A stretch of 50,618 nucleotides of DNA, counting the filler, from Jimgerdemannia flammicorona (lineage: Eukaryota), in assembly GCA_003990765.1 (NCBI GenBank). It is 2 parts of 2 records of this genome, joined end to end, with 100 filler letters (N's around TTAATTAATTAA, not from the genome) between each part and the next. Parts side by side here need not be neighbours in the genome. Positions count along the whole stretch, not along the records: positions 25,365 to 50,618 come from RBNJ01000861.1; 1 more part is not named here. The stretch is one strand, 5' to 3'. Positions 25,400-37,989 of this stretch are shown here, in pieces. The position numbers and the translations under genes are program-made. The notes beneath the pieces were generated by a model, which was not told the origin of the DNA, did not search any database, and saw nothing but the letters and a program-made list of their open reading frames with translations. The number at the start of each line of letters is the position of its first letter. Position 1 is the stretch's first letter.

Positions 25400-27635
25400 G
25401 GGAAAAAAAAAAAAAAAAAAAAAGAGAGATGAGTGTGGAGAATTTTAAAACTCCAGAACTCACCTTTTGCCAGTGTTGTGGTATATCTGATTTCTGTCCA
25501 AACCCCCCCTTCTTGCTTTTTTTGCCTTCTCTTTCCTACTACCTAGTATTTGATACATTCTTTATAAACCTTATTGATAGTAGTAAAGTTCATCACTATA
25601 GAGGTTTCTTATCATCATCACAACTATCTTTCTATGATTATCAATAATAATATGATTCTCTTTATTATTAAATACTCTTGCTGGCCAATAGACTCCTTGG
25701 TTGAGAACAATTGGCTCTAATTCAAATATAGATCTCCAAGCCTTGATGGTGATACTAGTACTGCTCATACTGAATATCTTGCTCTTGAACTTCAAATGCT
25801 AGATGTGGTCAAACTCAAATAACTTTGAACTCTCCCTTTTAATGAAACTGAGTTCTGATCTGAGGGGCTGAGTTACATGCAGATGAGTTATATATAGGTA
25901 TCATGTGGGAGTTTTTTAAGAGAGACTATATAAAAATGAAGTTAAATAAAATAAAGAGATGAGTATTTTAGAAAAGAGCATATGTGAGTAAGTTGTATAT
26001 CAATAAGTTGTATATTGATGAGTTGTATAAGATTGCTCATGAAGGCTTACTTTTGTTTCTTTTGAGACCTCTGCTATACAATATATTGACTCAATAGCTT
26101 AGCCACCAAAGGTATACCCTATAATATCCTCCAGCCTTTCTTTATCTTGACCAGATATTGCAAATAAAGTCAGCAGATCTCACTATAGAGCTATGGACTC
26201 TAAGAAGAGCACAAGGTGAATTGAGTCATACTGGGGGAATTTAAACAAGTAGTAGCAGAAAAGAGTAATCTACATCTACTATCAGCTACTCCAAAAAGGC
26301 TACCATATATATAGCTGTGAGGTCTGTGAATTCTGAAATCTGAAGGACTATTGTGAGTTGTTGCCAGAATTCTCTCTCATCTCCACCATCATTATTACTA
26401 TCACCACCACTATCACTCCTTTAGCTCTTGATAAGTAGCTTGTATGCTGTCCATATGAGAAAGAATCTAATATTGTCAGCAGAGAGTATGTTTCTATCTT
26501 AAATACTCTCTCTTTTGATGATCATTACAGAGTAAAAAAATAAGTAGACTGACCAATGTATGATTAAGGACTGCTGTTTTGTTTGCTCATGATGTGGTAG
26601 GAAAGAAAAAGAGAACAAAAGAAGAGAAGGAATAAAAGAAAGAGTGATATTATCCAAAGTATAGTAGGAAAAAAAAAACAGAGTGAAAAATGAATAAAAG
26701 AAAGAGTGATATCACTAAAGATTTTATGTGATCAGTCTAGATAGATCAATCCAGATGGATCAACTAGATGAATCAATCTAGATAGATCAATCTGGATTAA
26801 TCCAGATCAGATTATAAGACCAATCTAAGTTAATTTGAATCTATCACATAATGAATCTGAATTGAATCTCATCTAGATAAATTACATCTGTTCAGAGCAC
26901 TAACTATATATATGATACATTAACTCAATAGCTTAGCTACCAAAGATATTCTTATAATATTTTTCAACCTTTCTTCATCTTGATCAGATATTATAAATAA
27001 AGTTAACAAATCTCACTATAGAATTGTAAACTCTAAAAAAAAGAGAATAGTATGAAATAAATTTAGTTATATTGTGAAAATTTAAATATAGTAGTGAAAA
27101 AGCAATTTATATCTATTACTGACTACTCTAAAAAGACTGCTATATATATATATATAGCTATAAGGTCTATGAATTCTGAGGTCTGAAGAATCACTATAAG
27201 TTGTTGCTAGAATTCTCTCTCATACTCATCATTACCATCACTATTACTATTGCCATCACTATCACTACTACTACTTTAGCTCTTGATGAGCAGCTTATAT
27301 ATTATTCATATAATAAATAATTTAACATTATCAGTAGAGAGTACTTTTCTACTTTGAATATTCTCTTTTTTGATAATTATTGAGCAGATAAAAAAATGAG
27401 TAGACCAACATATAATTAAGAGCTACTATTTATTTAATAAAAAAAAACAAAAGAAGTATCAGAAAAAAGAAAAAAAATAAAGAAAGGATAATATTACTAA
27501 AAATTTTGAGTGATCTAGATCAATCTAAATTAATCTAGATCAGATCATAAGATCAATCCAAATTGATTCAAATCTATTACATAATAAATCTAAATTGAAT
27601 CTTATCTAGATAAATTAAATTTATTTAGAATACTA
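25400..27635 (-). mobile_element. Decayed DNA-transposon remnants, possibly hAT; ~26085-26902 repeated at ~26919-27635
   Basis: Both units end in the same terminus (minus strand TAGTGCTCTGAAC / TAGTATTCTAAAT) next to clustered ATCYAGAT subterminal repeats. A weak SKIFS..S similarity to the hAT SERxFS motif lies near 25770. Confidence 0.45.
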
Positions 27636-27639
27636 AGTA

Positions 27640-28388
27640 CTACTATCTCTTCAATCACTAATCTAGTCTTTAAGATCTTCTTTAATAGTTCTATTTTCTC
27701 AAAGCTCATCTCAATCTCTTCTAGCCTCTACAAGAATTTCACTAAAGCTATCTAGTCATTTGCTTTGAGATTAGTCCCAGAACCATCTTTGTCATTACTG
27801 TCAGCCTTCTAAAGCATAATATAATAATAAATTCTGAATTATTATTAGATCTATTATATTATACTATCTGTTAGATTTCTCCTCTTACTATATTCTACTA
27901 TATTCTATCTATTCAGTCCTATTATTAGCAATTACATCTGAATTTTTTTTCAAATCTTCAGTCATATCACTATCAGCAATCTCACTTTTGCTTTTAGTAA
28001 AAGCTTCATCAATCTCTATACTAATCTTAATAATAATTCTTCAGTTCTCTCAATATTTATCTTTTTCTTCTCTTCAGACCAACTTCTCTAAACATCACTA
28101 GACCACTCTCCTGCCTTTACTTTATCAGTAAAGTTTATGAGCCTAACTTCTTTATTACTTATATTAAATACTAAATATTTTCTAAATTCTATTTACCTAC
28201 TCTTATTATCAAAAAAACCCCCATTCTCATATTATATCTATATTCAACATACTATGACCTAAAGACTCCAAATTTATCTGATCCAACATATCTATCCAAA
28301 CTCTTATATGTTATCATGTTACTAGTTAGTTTTCTCCAAAAACTATGCAAAAAATATTATATAATGTAAATTATAACAAAAAAAGATA
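27640..28388 (-). mobile_element. Very degenerate LINE 5' end and ORF1 fragment
   Basis: Minus strand has the family leader atagtttttggagaaaa...ctagtaacatg and NFTDKVK (compare TFADKVR). Confidence 0.6.
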
Positions 28389-28641
28389 AATTTTATACTA
28401 CTTATAATATCAGTAAAGATAAAGTGAAAGAAATATAATTAAAATATTCTTTGGTCATTCCACTGCTTAGAGCTTGAGACTTGCACATAAGAGACGGACA
28501 CCACCACAAATGTTATACGTCCTTGAATGTGCCAGCAATAAAGAGACTTCAAGCCGTTTGGATACCTGATGGGCGGAAAGAAGGGTGATTTGGGAATGAT
28601 AATGCAGAGTGCAAAACGCATACATCATATATACCTGCGCT

Positions 28642-28722
28642 GCGTAAGAGGCCGCCGCGTAAGAGAGGCTGCGTAAGAGAGCCCCGGCGTAAGGGCTGCC
28701 GCGTAAGAGTATTGGGTAAGAG
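28642..28722 (+). promoter_or_regulatory. Array of six GCGTAAGAG-like motifs upstream of the AAA ATPase
   Basis: Copies at 28642, 28657, 28671, 28687, 28701 and 28714, with variable GC-rich spacers. Confidence 0.6.
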
Positions 28723-28807
28723 TAAAGTCAATAACGAAGTCACATGCTCATTAGCCATTAATAGCCAATGAAGCCTTCGCCACAGGTAAAGCCTTCCCAG
28801 CCACTCC

Positions 28808-31800
28808 ATGTCTGCAATTGTGCGCAACCTCGCAACTTCCCACCAGGGACACCGTGCATTCCTTCGCTTTGTTTTTCGTCCTACTTTCTCGACCCCGTTG
28901 AGGAAGCCATTCCATTCCACAAGATTTGTCGCCCTCAAGAAACCTGACCCAGCAACGGCCGCGAATCCGAATCTAAGCGAACGTCCAGCGAAAGACAGCG
29001 AAGACACCAAATCCTCCGCAAGCATTGTTCACGACGACGTGACACCTTCGGAACACGAAAAGACGGAAAATGTGACGACAGAGACCGCTGAGCAGCTGAA
29101 AGTGCGTACCGAGCAGCCGAAAGGGCGAGCCAGCCGCAAAATGACACGGACAGGAACCAGCCCCCATCCCCGTTACAAACCGGTAATTCCTGAGAGCTTT
29201 CTTGCCACAAACTATCTCAAAAATTCCCAAAACGAATATTCTCTGGAGCAGAACCTGTATAGCGTGCCGCAGAGTATGATTGACGAGCTCCGGTACACGG
29301 TTCGGGCTGGCCTTATACCACCCTCTCCAGCGGTAGATTCGTTACCCGCCAGGCACCAAAACTTGTTGATATACATTCCGGCTGTTGGTGCGACACTGCT
29401 GCAAGACAATTTGGTACGAAGCGTGGCAAAAGAAGTGAATGCCGATCTGCTCACATTTGATGTGCAGGATCTGATGATGCTGTCGGCCGGTGTTCTTTCT
29501 GCGAAAGCACGCGGTAAGTTGAACAAGTTAGAATCGTGTGACAGCGTGACTTTAGGTGTAGATTACTAAAGAATCCCTTTGAAATTTCCGTAATCAGTGA
29601 ATCCATGGCCACTGTTCTCGCGTTCCCGTGGCTTCAACCCGTACTCGGCTGCAACGCTTTCGGTATCGAACGCTTCCATGGGAGCATTGGAAAATGAAGA
29701 CGTGACAGTAGATGAAGAAGAATACATGGAAGATGAGGATGATTCCATTTCGGAATTACGAGGTGAGAAAAAGGAGCGGGAAAGAATGTTATTTCCGAGA
29801 AGCGACTCGCAGACAACAAACACGATGAGGTTGAAATTCGACCTATTGTTCGATACCTTGGTCTCGGCCGCTCCCAAGGAGGCGCTCTCCGCTTCGATAT
29901 CTCCGTTATCCGCTCTTAAGGTCATATACTTTCGGGACATTGCCGATGTCGTCAATACTTCCTTTGGTGCTATGATCTTATCCTCTTTAATGGAGGCGGT
30001 GCACTCTAAGCGAAGAAAAGGGCACAAAATTATGATCATCGCGGGTTATTCCGCTTCTTTGTTACGCTCATCCTTCGAACCGAACGGCGCCAACAGCGAC
30101 GTCCCAGATAGCAACCACAAGGTGCTTCCTCCCTTCAACATATTTTTGAACAATACCGTCCCCGACGTACTCTCCGACCAAATCAACTTGCCTAGCTTCA
30201 ACATCCTCACCATTCCTCCGCCCACCTCGTCCGAGATTGCCAGGGACTGGAACCTGTTGATGCAGCATGATCGGTGCCTCCGCTCCTTCGAAATCAATGC
30301 CCGTAGCGTCCAAGCCGTCTGCTCCAGCAAGGGGATCGAGCTAACAGAGGACTCGCTTGAGGGGATTCAGAACATGCTCTCGCAAGTGCGGGGGATCAAG
30401 ACAGACGTATGGGGTTTTCACCGGGTTCACCAACTCGTTGTTAACGCCATTGGGTATGCTGCGAAGCAGCAAAATGATGATGCTAAGATCCGGCTGAGCG
30501 ACGAACACTTCGCACACGCCGAAAAGGTCATCCTGGAAAACGAGCGGACACGGCAGCAGGCGGTGAAGGTGCTGGTGGAGCAGGAACAGGAGCGGACGGC
30601 TCAGCGAGTGAAGAAAGTGCAGGGAATTTGGTCCCAGAAGAAGGTTTCGATGCTCGAAGAGGAGTGCGATCAGTATGAAAAGAGACTGCTGCCTAGTGTT
30701 GTCGATATTGGTATGTGTCACTCAAAATCTGCCATCTTTGAAACATGAAATGATACAATGAAGTGCAAGTGATTTAACTGTACTCTTTTTAACAGGGGAC
30801 GTGCACGGATCTTTCCAGGACGTTCGAGCGCCACCAACTACCATCGAAACCCTCCAAACCCTCATTACTCTTCCCCTTCTAAGGCCAGAGTTATTTGATT
30901 ACGGCGTACTGAAACGAAATTTTATTTCCGGATTGCTCTTGTTCGGCCCGCCAGGCACTGGAAAGGTCTGTGTAGTCTGTTTCATATATTCGCAACCGGA
31001 TACCACTACACGACGTGAAATCGACAACGACATTTTTTTTTTCACCCATTAACAGACCATGCTGGGAAAAGCCGTGGCGAAAGAAAGCGGAAGTCGGATG
31101 TTGGAGATCAAAGCAAGTGATGTGTGAGTCCAGGTTCCATTTCATTCAATTCATTACATTTGTGCTGTCTGGCTTGTATTAAAATATTTTCATTCTCATC
31201 AGGTTCGATATGTATGTTGGTGAAGGCGAGAAAAATGTTAAGGTATGACGCATCCCCATCCAATCGAGCCCTCTTTGTAAATACCATGGTATGGCAAATA
31301 TTGTGAGAGCTCCGCAAATTGACGTGTCTGATGTCATTTCTATCATGCATCATGTCTCTCAGGCCATATTCTCGCTTGCGCGGAAGCTTTCCCCCTGTGT
31401 GGTCTTCATCGACGAAGTCGACTCTATGTTCAACACTCGTCGCTCGGACACCTCTTCGAACGCCCACCGCGAGATCATCAACCAGTTCATGGTCGAATGG
31501 GACGGCCTGAGGAGCAACAACAAGGGCGTTTTGCTTATGGCGGCTACAAATCGACCCTTTGACCTGGATGACGCTATTTTGCGAAGAATGCCGAGGCGTA
31601 TATTGGGTGTGTAGAGAGCTATATACATCAATGTTGATTACAATGTACATGTTTGTATTGTCAATGGCTAACACCATTGTCTGTCCCAGTTGACCTCCCG
31701 AACGAGGCCGATCGGCATCACATACTATCTATTCACCTTCGTGGCGAGCAGCTTGATCCTTCCATATCTATCTCCGAGCTAGCCAAAAACACGGCCTACT

Positions 31801-32225
31801 TCTCCGGCTCTGACCTCAAAAATTTATGTGTCTCCGCAGCACTGGCTGCCGTGCACGAGGCAAGTTTGGGTTTACTGCTATCGTCAGCCGGTGGTGCGGA
31901 AGCATCCGCCTCGTCACAAACCTCCTCTTCACCCGCTTCCTCGTCGCCCGCTTCCTCGTCGCCCGCCTCCTCGCCCGCCGACACAGTCTCTCAACATGAC
32001 AAGATCCCGGTCCGAGTCCTCAGACCTCACCATTTCGAAAAGGCCCTATCACAGGTTACCCCGAGCTGTTCCGAAGATATGTACTCCCTGATCGAGATAC
32101 GGAAATGGGACGCGATTTACGGGGACGGTGCGAAGCAGAGGAACAAAAAGCCAGTGATTGGGTTTGGCACAGGGGAGGTGGGTTCTGTGGCGAGCTCTGT
32201 AAATAATGTTAAGTTGGCCGAGTAA
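28808..32225 (+). CDS. Msp1/ATAD1-like AAA+ ATPase, long form, probable mitochondrial presequence (multi-exon)
   Basis: GLLLFGPPGTGK|T, VVFIDEVDS, EFM-type QFMVEWDGL, AATNRPFDLDDAILRRMPRR, FSGSDLKNLC; GT-AG introns; Arg/Ser-rich N-terminus. Confidence 0.88.
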
Positions 32226-32456
32226 ACCAATAGGAAAGTAGATTTTTGGGGTTTCTCCCTTGTAAGATTAGAGGGCATAAATGCACACGGTGGTATGTAT
32301 ATAAATATGCAGGATAATTCGTATGATACAGGTTCACTTTTTGAAGTCCTTTCAAATCGAGAAAATCACATTTTATGTAATTATAATATACGAGTCATGT
32401 GACGGGAATGATTTCCAATCAACAGTTCCGCCCTCACACTGCGTGCCAACATTCTC

Positions 32457-32990
32457 ATGTCGGAACCGCACCCCAACGAGCGCGATCAGACCCACGCTGC
32501 AAGCGCGGAATGGGACCCTGAATGGGAAGACCCGCTAGAGAAGGACAGGCTTGTGACGTAAGCATCATGGCCCGTATGGGAGGAAGAATCGCGAGCGTGG
32601 ATGATGGTGCTGATGTTAACGTTTTTTTTGGATTGCAGAGAGGTTTTGACGATGCAGGCGAATCTTAGAAGTAAGCGGATCGACACATGCTCATTAAATC
32701 ATTGCTATCGAAACCCCCAATCAACCCTGTCCTGCTAACTCTCCATTTGCCCACCTCTCGGCCTTCCGCTAGCCCTGATCTCCCGGGTCGAATCAGCCAA
32801 AAAGGAGCACAACTCCCTCACGGCCGAAAACCAGATCCTGCAGAAATATATCAACAACTCGCTAACCTCCACCGCCGTGTTCGGCGCCACTGGCGGAGCG
32901 TTGGGCAGTGTGGCTGGGGTACCAGGGATCGGGGTGGGTGGTGGGATGGCGGCGGGAGGGTTTACGATGAGGAAGGACGGGCCAAAATGA
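32457..32990 (+). CDS. Short coiled-coil protein, SCOC/Slo1-like (exons 32457-32557, 32639-32670, 32773-32990; 116 aa)
   Basis: Spliced product ...EKDRLVTEVLTMQANLRTLISRVESAKKEHNSLTAENQILQKYINNSL...; GTAAG/YAG introns keep the frame; not present in the ORF track. Confidence 0.82.
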
Positions 32991-33277
32991 TGAAGAGAGC
33001 AGATGATAGAGATCGGGTACTTGGTTGCATTGGAATCCGTGTTATGAGGACATTTGTACTGCATGTTTCGCTCGTCGCTGTTTTGTATATAATGATTTCG
33101 CATAGAGAAATACAGGTCGCTTACAATATCTAGTTCGACACCAAGTAAATTTCCATTAACATAAGTCCAAGGTTTACAACCATGACCCAGATGAACTAAC
33201 AAGACTGATGTTCCACCCTCAAAATTCCCCTTTTTGCATCACATAATCAAGCACTGGCGCCATTACCCAGAACCTGC

Positions 33278-34316
33278 CTAATTCTTCTCGGCCGTCAACC
33301 TCTCCATCAAATCTGCAACTTCTTTCTTGATCGCTAACAGCGAATTCACCTCCTCCTGCAGCTTGGCTTTATCTGCACCCTCGGCTTTTAACTTTCGTAC
33401 AACCATGCCCTGCTCCTCCACTTTCTTCTCCAATGCCACCAGTTCATCCGGCTTAGGACCGGACCACACGGGCGCAGCGGGCGCTGACGGCTTCTTCGAA
33501 GACTTCTTTCCGACTGTCGAGGTAGCAGAAGAGGCCACAGCGGTAGCGGCGTCCGTCGCGGGAATCGCCTGTGCACTGTTGCCGCCATACTTGCCCTTGA
33601 ACACCGCCTCGAGCTTTTCGTCGATTTTGGTGAACAGGTATTCCGCCTGACCAATGCGGTGACCAGGGTCGATGTCAAGGCTCCACGCATCGGGGATGGT
33701 GCGGAGCGGGGCGTTGAGCTGACGCAGGATGCTGTCGGTGGTGGAGGGCATGTACGGGTAGAACAGTGCGGAGATGAGGTAGATGAGGTTGGTGGTAACA
33801 CCGACGACGGTATCGCACCGTTTCCGGTTGTTAGTGAAGAGGGTGTTATCGATCTTGGAATCTTGGAGATACTGGTTGCCGCGTTGCGAGATGGCCATGG
33901 CGGCATTGAGGGCGGCGCGGATTTTGACAGCCTCGAGGGCTTCGATGTATTGTTGCAGGAGGGCATTGACGTCCTTAACGAGGGTTTTTTCGGTTTCCTC
34001 CTCGAGATCGAATTGGGGGATGACACTATCGTACTTGGCGCCGATGAATTTGATGACGCGGTTCACAAAGTTACCAACGTTGTTAAGCAACTCGCCGTTA
34101 TTCTTTGCGATGAACTCCTTCCATGTGAACACCGAATCGTTTGTTTCTGGTCGAGAAGCGATCAGGTAGTAACGCCATACTTCCACGGGGATGCCAGATT
34201 CCATGACATTGCTGCCAAAGACACCAATGTTGCGCGATTTGGAGAACTTGCCGCCCTCGTAGTTTAAGTATTCTGAAGAATTCGCAAATGATTTAGGGGA
34301 ATTTAACATTAGTATA

Positions 34317-34354
<38 letters not shown>

Positions 34355-37091
34355 GATGGCGACATACCGGTCGTGCTGACGTGATGCAACAATGTCCAAT
34401 TTTCTCCCGTACCAATCAAACTCCCTGGGAAGATCACGGTGTGGAACGGCACGTTATCCTTGCCCATGAATTGGTACAGCCGCACATCCTCAGGATTCTT
34501 CCACCACTTCTCCCACTCCTCCGTGTAGTTCGCAGAGATGGAAAGGTACCCGATAGGGGCGTCGAACCAGACGTAAAAGACTTTATCCTTCATCTCCTCC
34601 AAGGGAACCGGCGTGCCCCACTTGAGGTCACGCGTGATGCAACGGGGCTTAAGACCCTCCTTGAGCCAGGATTGGGTGATGGTGATGCCGTTGAGGGACC
34701 ATTTTCCTGAGAGAGCGAAAGCAACGAATTGTGCCGACAGAATGATCTAAGTACCCACGATACTAAACTATCGTTCTGGTCTTTTTCCTCAAACGATACC
34801 TCTTCCTTAAGAATTGATGAAACCTGCTGAAACCTGCTTACCTTTCGATGCCGACTCCTCCGTAAACTGCTCGATCTTGGGCTGTAAGGTCGTCAGGTCA
34901 AGGAACATGTGCTTAGATTCTTTGGTAATCGGCTGGTTGCCGTCCAGCTTGCATCGCGGATTGATCAGTTCGATCGCGTTGAGAAGATGGCCACACTTGT
35001 CGCATTGGTCACCACGGGCGTCCTGGTGATAGGAGAAAGACGAAAGAAGGACATGCGCATTTCAATAAGAGATCGGAGATATGATAATGTGTATGTAAAC
35101 CAAATCAAAGAATTGTTTGTGATATAGCAAGCGTAGAGCATTGAACGATCAGACGTACGTCATATTTACAGTGTGGGCAGGTACCTTCCACGTAGCGGTC
35201 GGCGAGGAAGCTACGCGAGCGGACGAAGACCGAGTTGTATCCAAAAATTACTGAGTTTTCAATTCATCACTTCCAGGAATCTAATTATACGTCGCGTGTA
35301 CATTACTACTCACCGACTGCACTGCTTGCAATACAATTGGACCATGGTATCCTCCGCCAATAACCCATTTTTGTGCAAATTCAGGAAGATATCTTGTGCG
35401 ATCTCCGTCTGCTGCCTGGTAGTGGTCCTCCCGAAATGGTCAAACGAGATCCCGAACCATTCGTACACTTGCGAGTGAATGGCGTTGTACTTGTCACACA
35501 GTTCCTGGCATGAGACACCCTCCTCCAACGCCTTCGTCTCTGTGGCCGTACCGTACTCGTCCGTACCGCAGATGTACAGGGTGTTGTAGCCTCGAGCGCG
35601 GCAGAAACGTGCGTAGACGTCAGCGCTGAGGACGGAGCCAATGATATTGCCGAGATGTGGGATGTTGTTGACGTAGGGGAGGGCAGACGTGATGAGGATG
35701 TTGCGTTCGCTTTTGATGGGGAGTCTAGGGGATCGTACGGACAATATTAGTAATTGGGTGCGTATATGCGTCCTACGAGATCAAGATCCGTAACCATGAT
35801 TTCCTCATACTTCTTTCGGGTAGGATCGAGATTCAGTATCGCACTAGCCTTAACTTTTTGAGTGGCCGGGTCCAACGTCGCAAGTGGTGACGGGTTGGCA
35901 TCGGCAAGTCCCGAAGTCTATAAATAGGCAAACAAAGCCGACAACATGAACCGGCAGAATTCGCCACCATCAATATTCTGGCTAATTATCCCCCTACAAC
36001 AACGGTGGGAGGAGAATGGCATGGATTATCATAACTTACACGAGCCTTTGCAGCGGAAATGCCCCTGGCAACGCAGTGCACCTGACAGAGCCTCTTGAAC
36101 CACACCACGAGCTTAGGGTATTTGGACTCGTCCACAGAGGTATTTTTGATGGTATGGTATAGAGTAGCAAATATGATGACATCGGTAGCGTGTGGTTTTT
36201 CGAACTAGGTCGAGATGATTCGGGAGAGGTAATATATAGTCGCAATCACGGATTAGCTATAATCCCGTTACTCGTTTATCTGTGTACGCTGTTACCAAAG
36301 ATTTCGGATATTTCATTTGAGTTGACTTCTTTGCCAACAGGAACACATCCCATAACTCTTTCCGGCAAATTTGGCATTGCCTACGATTCACCTGATAACC
36401 AAATTCCTAAACACTCACATTACCGATCACCGCCTTATTGTGTTCGCCCGCCACGATTGCTTCCGCGACCGCCAACGCCTTCTCGGTCTTACCAGCGGCG
36501 ACCAACGGCCTAAGCACCGCCTCTTCGCGCTCGATGATAGAGTTGCGCTGCAGGTATGCGATGAGGTCAGCGTCGGTGGTGGAGGTAATTGTGACTTCGT
36601 TTAAAAGGTATCTGAAGGGAAGAAGCGATGAAGGGCAGACGTAGATTAAGAAACAAGTCCTAGGTATGTTCATGGCTCTCACTATGTACATATGTCCCCT
36701 ACTCTCACCCAGTCAAATATCAGACGCAACGTAGAAAAAGTGTCCCAAAGCGATTTAATATGCTTCCACTGATTGCTATTGGCAAAAACTCACCGAACGG
36801 CCGAGTTTGCCTCGAACAAAACCCTTTGCTCCTTGACAAATTCAAGTGACGGTTTTTCACTTCCTGAAAGCGATAAAAAAAAAAAAAAAAAAAAAAACGC
36901 GTTGCACAGGCCGAGGTCAATGATCTTGGGATTGTCCAATATTCTAGCCAGTATGACTACCGCCTACCCTCAACGAACTCGATCTCGGCCTTGGAGACGT
37001 TCGCAGCCACGGCGAGCTTTAATGCGCTCGCGAAATGGAGTGAATTTGCGGCAACGCGGGGTATAGAGACCTTTAATGTATGGGTTGCCAT
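33278..37091 (-). CDS. MES1: Cytosolic methionyl-tRNA synthetase with GST-like N-domain and C-terminal WHEP-like domain (multi-exon)
   Basis: [19 protein letters not shown] (HIGH), [34 protein letters not shown] (KMSKS-type), [12 protein letters not shown]. The start [10 protein letters not shown] at 37091 is inferred from splicing. Confidence 0.95.
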
Positions 37092-37148
37092 GTTTATGAA
37101 GTAGTTTATTTTGAAGAGCAAAAGTTCCCATACTTACGTTATGAAATT

Positions 37149-37157
37149 TCACGTGAC
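37149..37157. promoter_or_regulatory. E-box TCACGTGAC upstream of MetRS
   Basis: Palindromic CACGTG ~60 nt before the ATG; related motifs precede three other genes. Confidence 0.5.
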
Positions 37158-37537
37158 CAAGTGTGACTTGTTGCTGCTCCAGTACAGCCAATCTATAAAC
37201 CTCAGATATAAAACATAATAAGAAATATATATAAACTAACTCTATAGAATTATTCTCTGCTTAACTTATTATAATTTTATAGACTAATATAATATAGATA
37301 TAATATATCTCTATATATTTAATTTTATATAGGCTAAATATGATAAATTAGAAGTCAATAAGCTAACTAATTAGGTTAAGTAAATATAGTTATTTTCTAT
37401 ATAGAAAATAGTCACTTTCTATAATCTATATAAAAATATTAGTAAAGCTAGAAATATATAAGAATATAAAAAGTATAATTATTAATAATTAATATTATTA
37501 TTTCTACTAGTGAGTTTAGAAATATATAAGTATATAT

Positions 37538-37799
37538 CTCTTTGACTGTTTTGTATCTATATTTAGAGACAAGGTTTTAAAAGTTTATAACTTTTAAAAT
37601 CATAATAGTTTTTAAAAAAAAATTTATCAATAATTTTTTATATAATAATTCTATCTTTGGTAAAAAAAAAAAAAAAAATTTTTTAAACAAATTGAGATAT
37701 ATTTTTAACAGAAAAACAATGTTTCAAAAAATCATTTTTTTAAATCTTAATTTGTCTGCTAAATGATTTTAAAAGACAATCTTATCTATAGTCAAAGAG
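37538..37799. mobile_element. ~260-bp MITE inside an AT-rich insertion between MetRS and MYG1
   Basis: TIRs CTCTTTGACT / AGTCAAAGAG, flanked by ATAT / ATAG; second copy at 1-138. Confidence 0.7.
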
Positions 37800-37989
37800 A
37801 TAGAAAGAGTAATTATTAATAATTCAGATTATAGATCTTATTCAATAATCTGAATAAAAGAAAAACTTACTAATAATAGAAAAACTGATATTATTTCTGC
37901 TAGAGATGTTGGCAAATTCAGAAATATTATTTTAATTGATGGAATTAGTAGTCTAAATATGGTCTTTGTCAAATCGTATGTTTCGTAAA

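Noticed and set aside
28642..28722. CRISPR-like array
   Set aside because: Repeats are 9 nt and spacers 4-7 nt, the context is eukaryotic, and there are no cas genes.
31925..31980. 15-bp tandem repeat in the AAA gene
   Set aside because: It is an ordinary coding minisatellite (SSPAS) in a low-complexity loop.
32687..33202. 148-aa and 155-aa ORFs from the track
   Set aside because: They are alternative-frame or antisense overlaps of the spliced SCOC-like gene.
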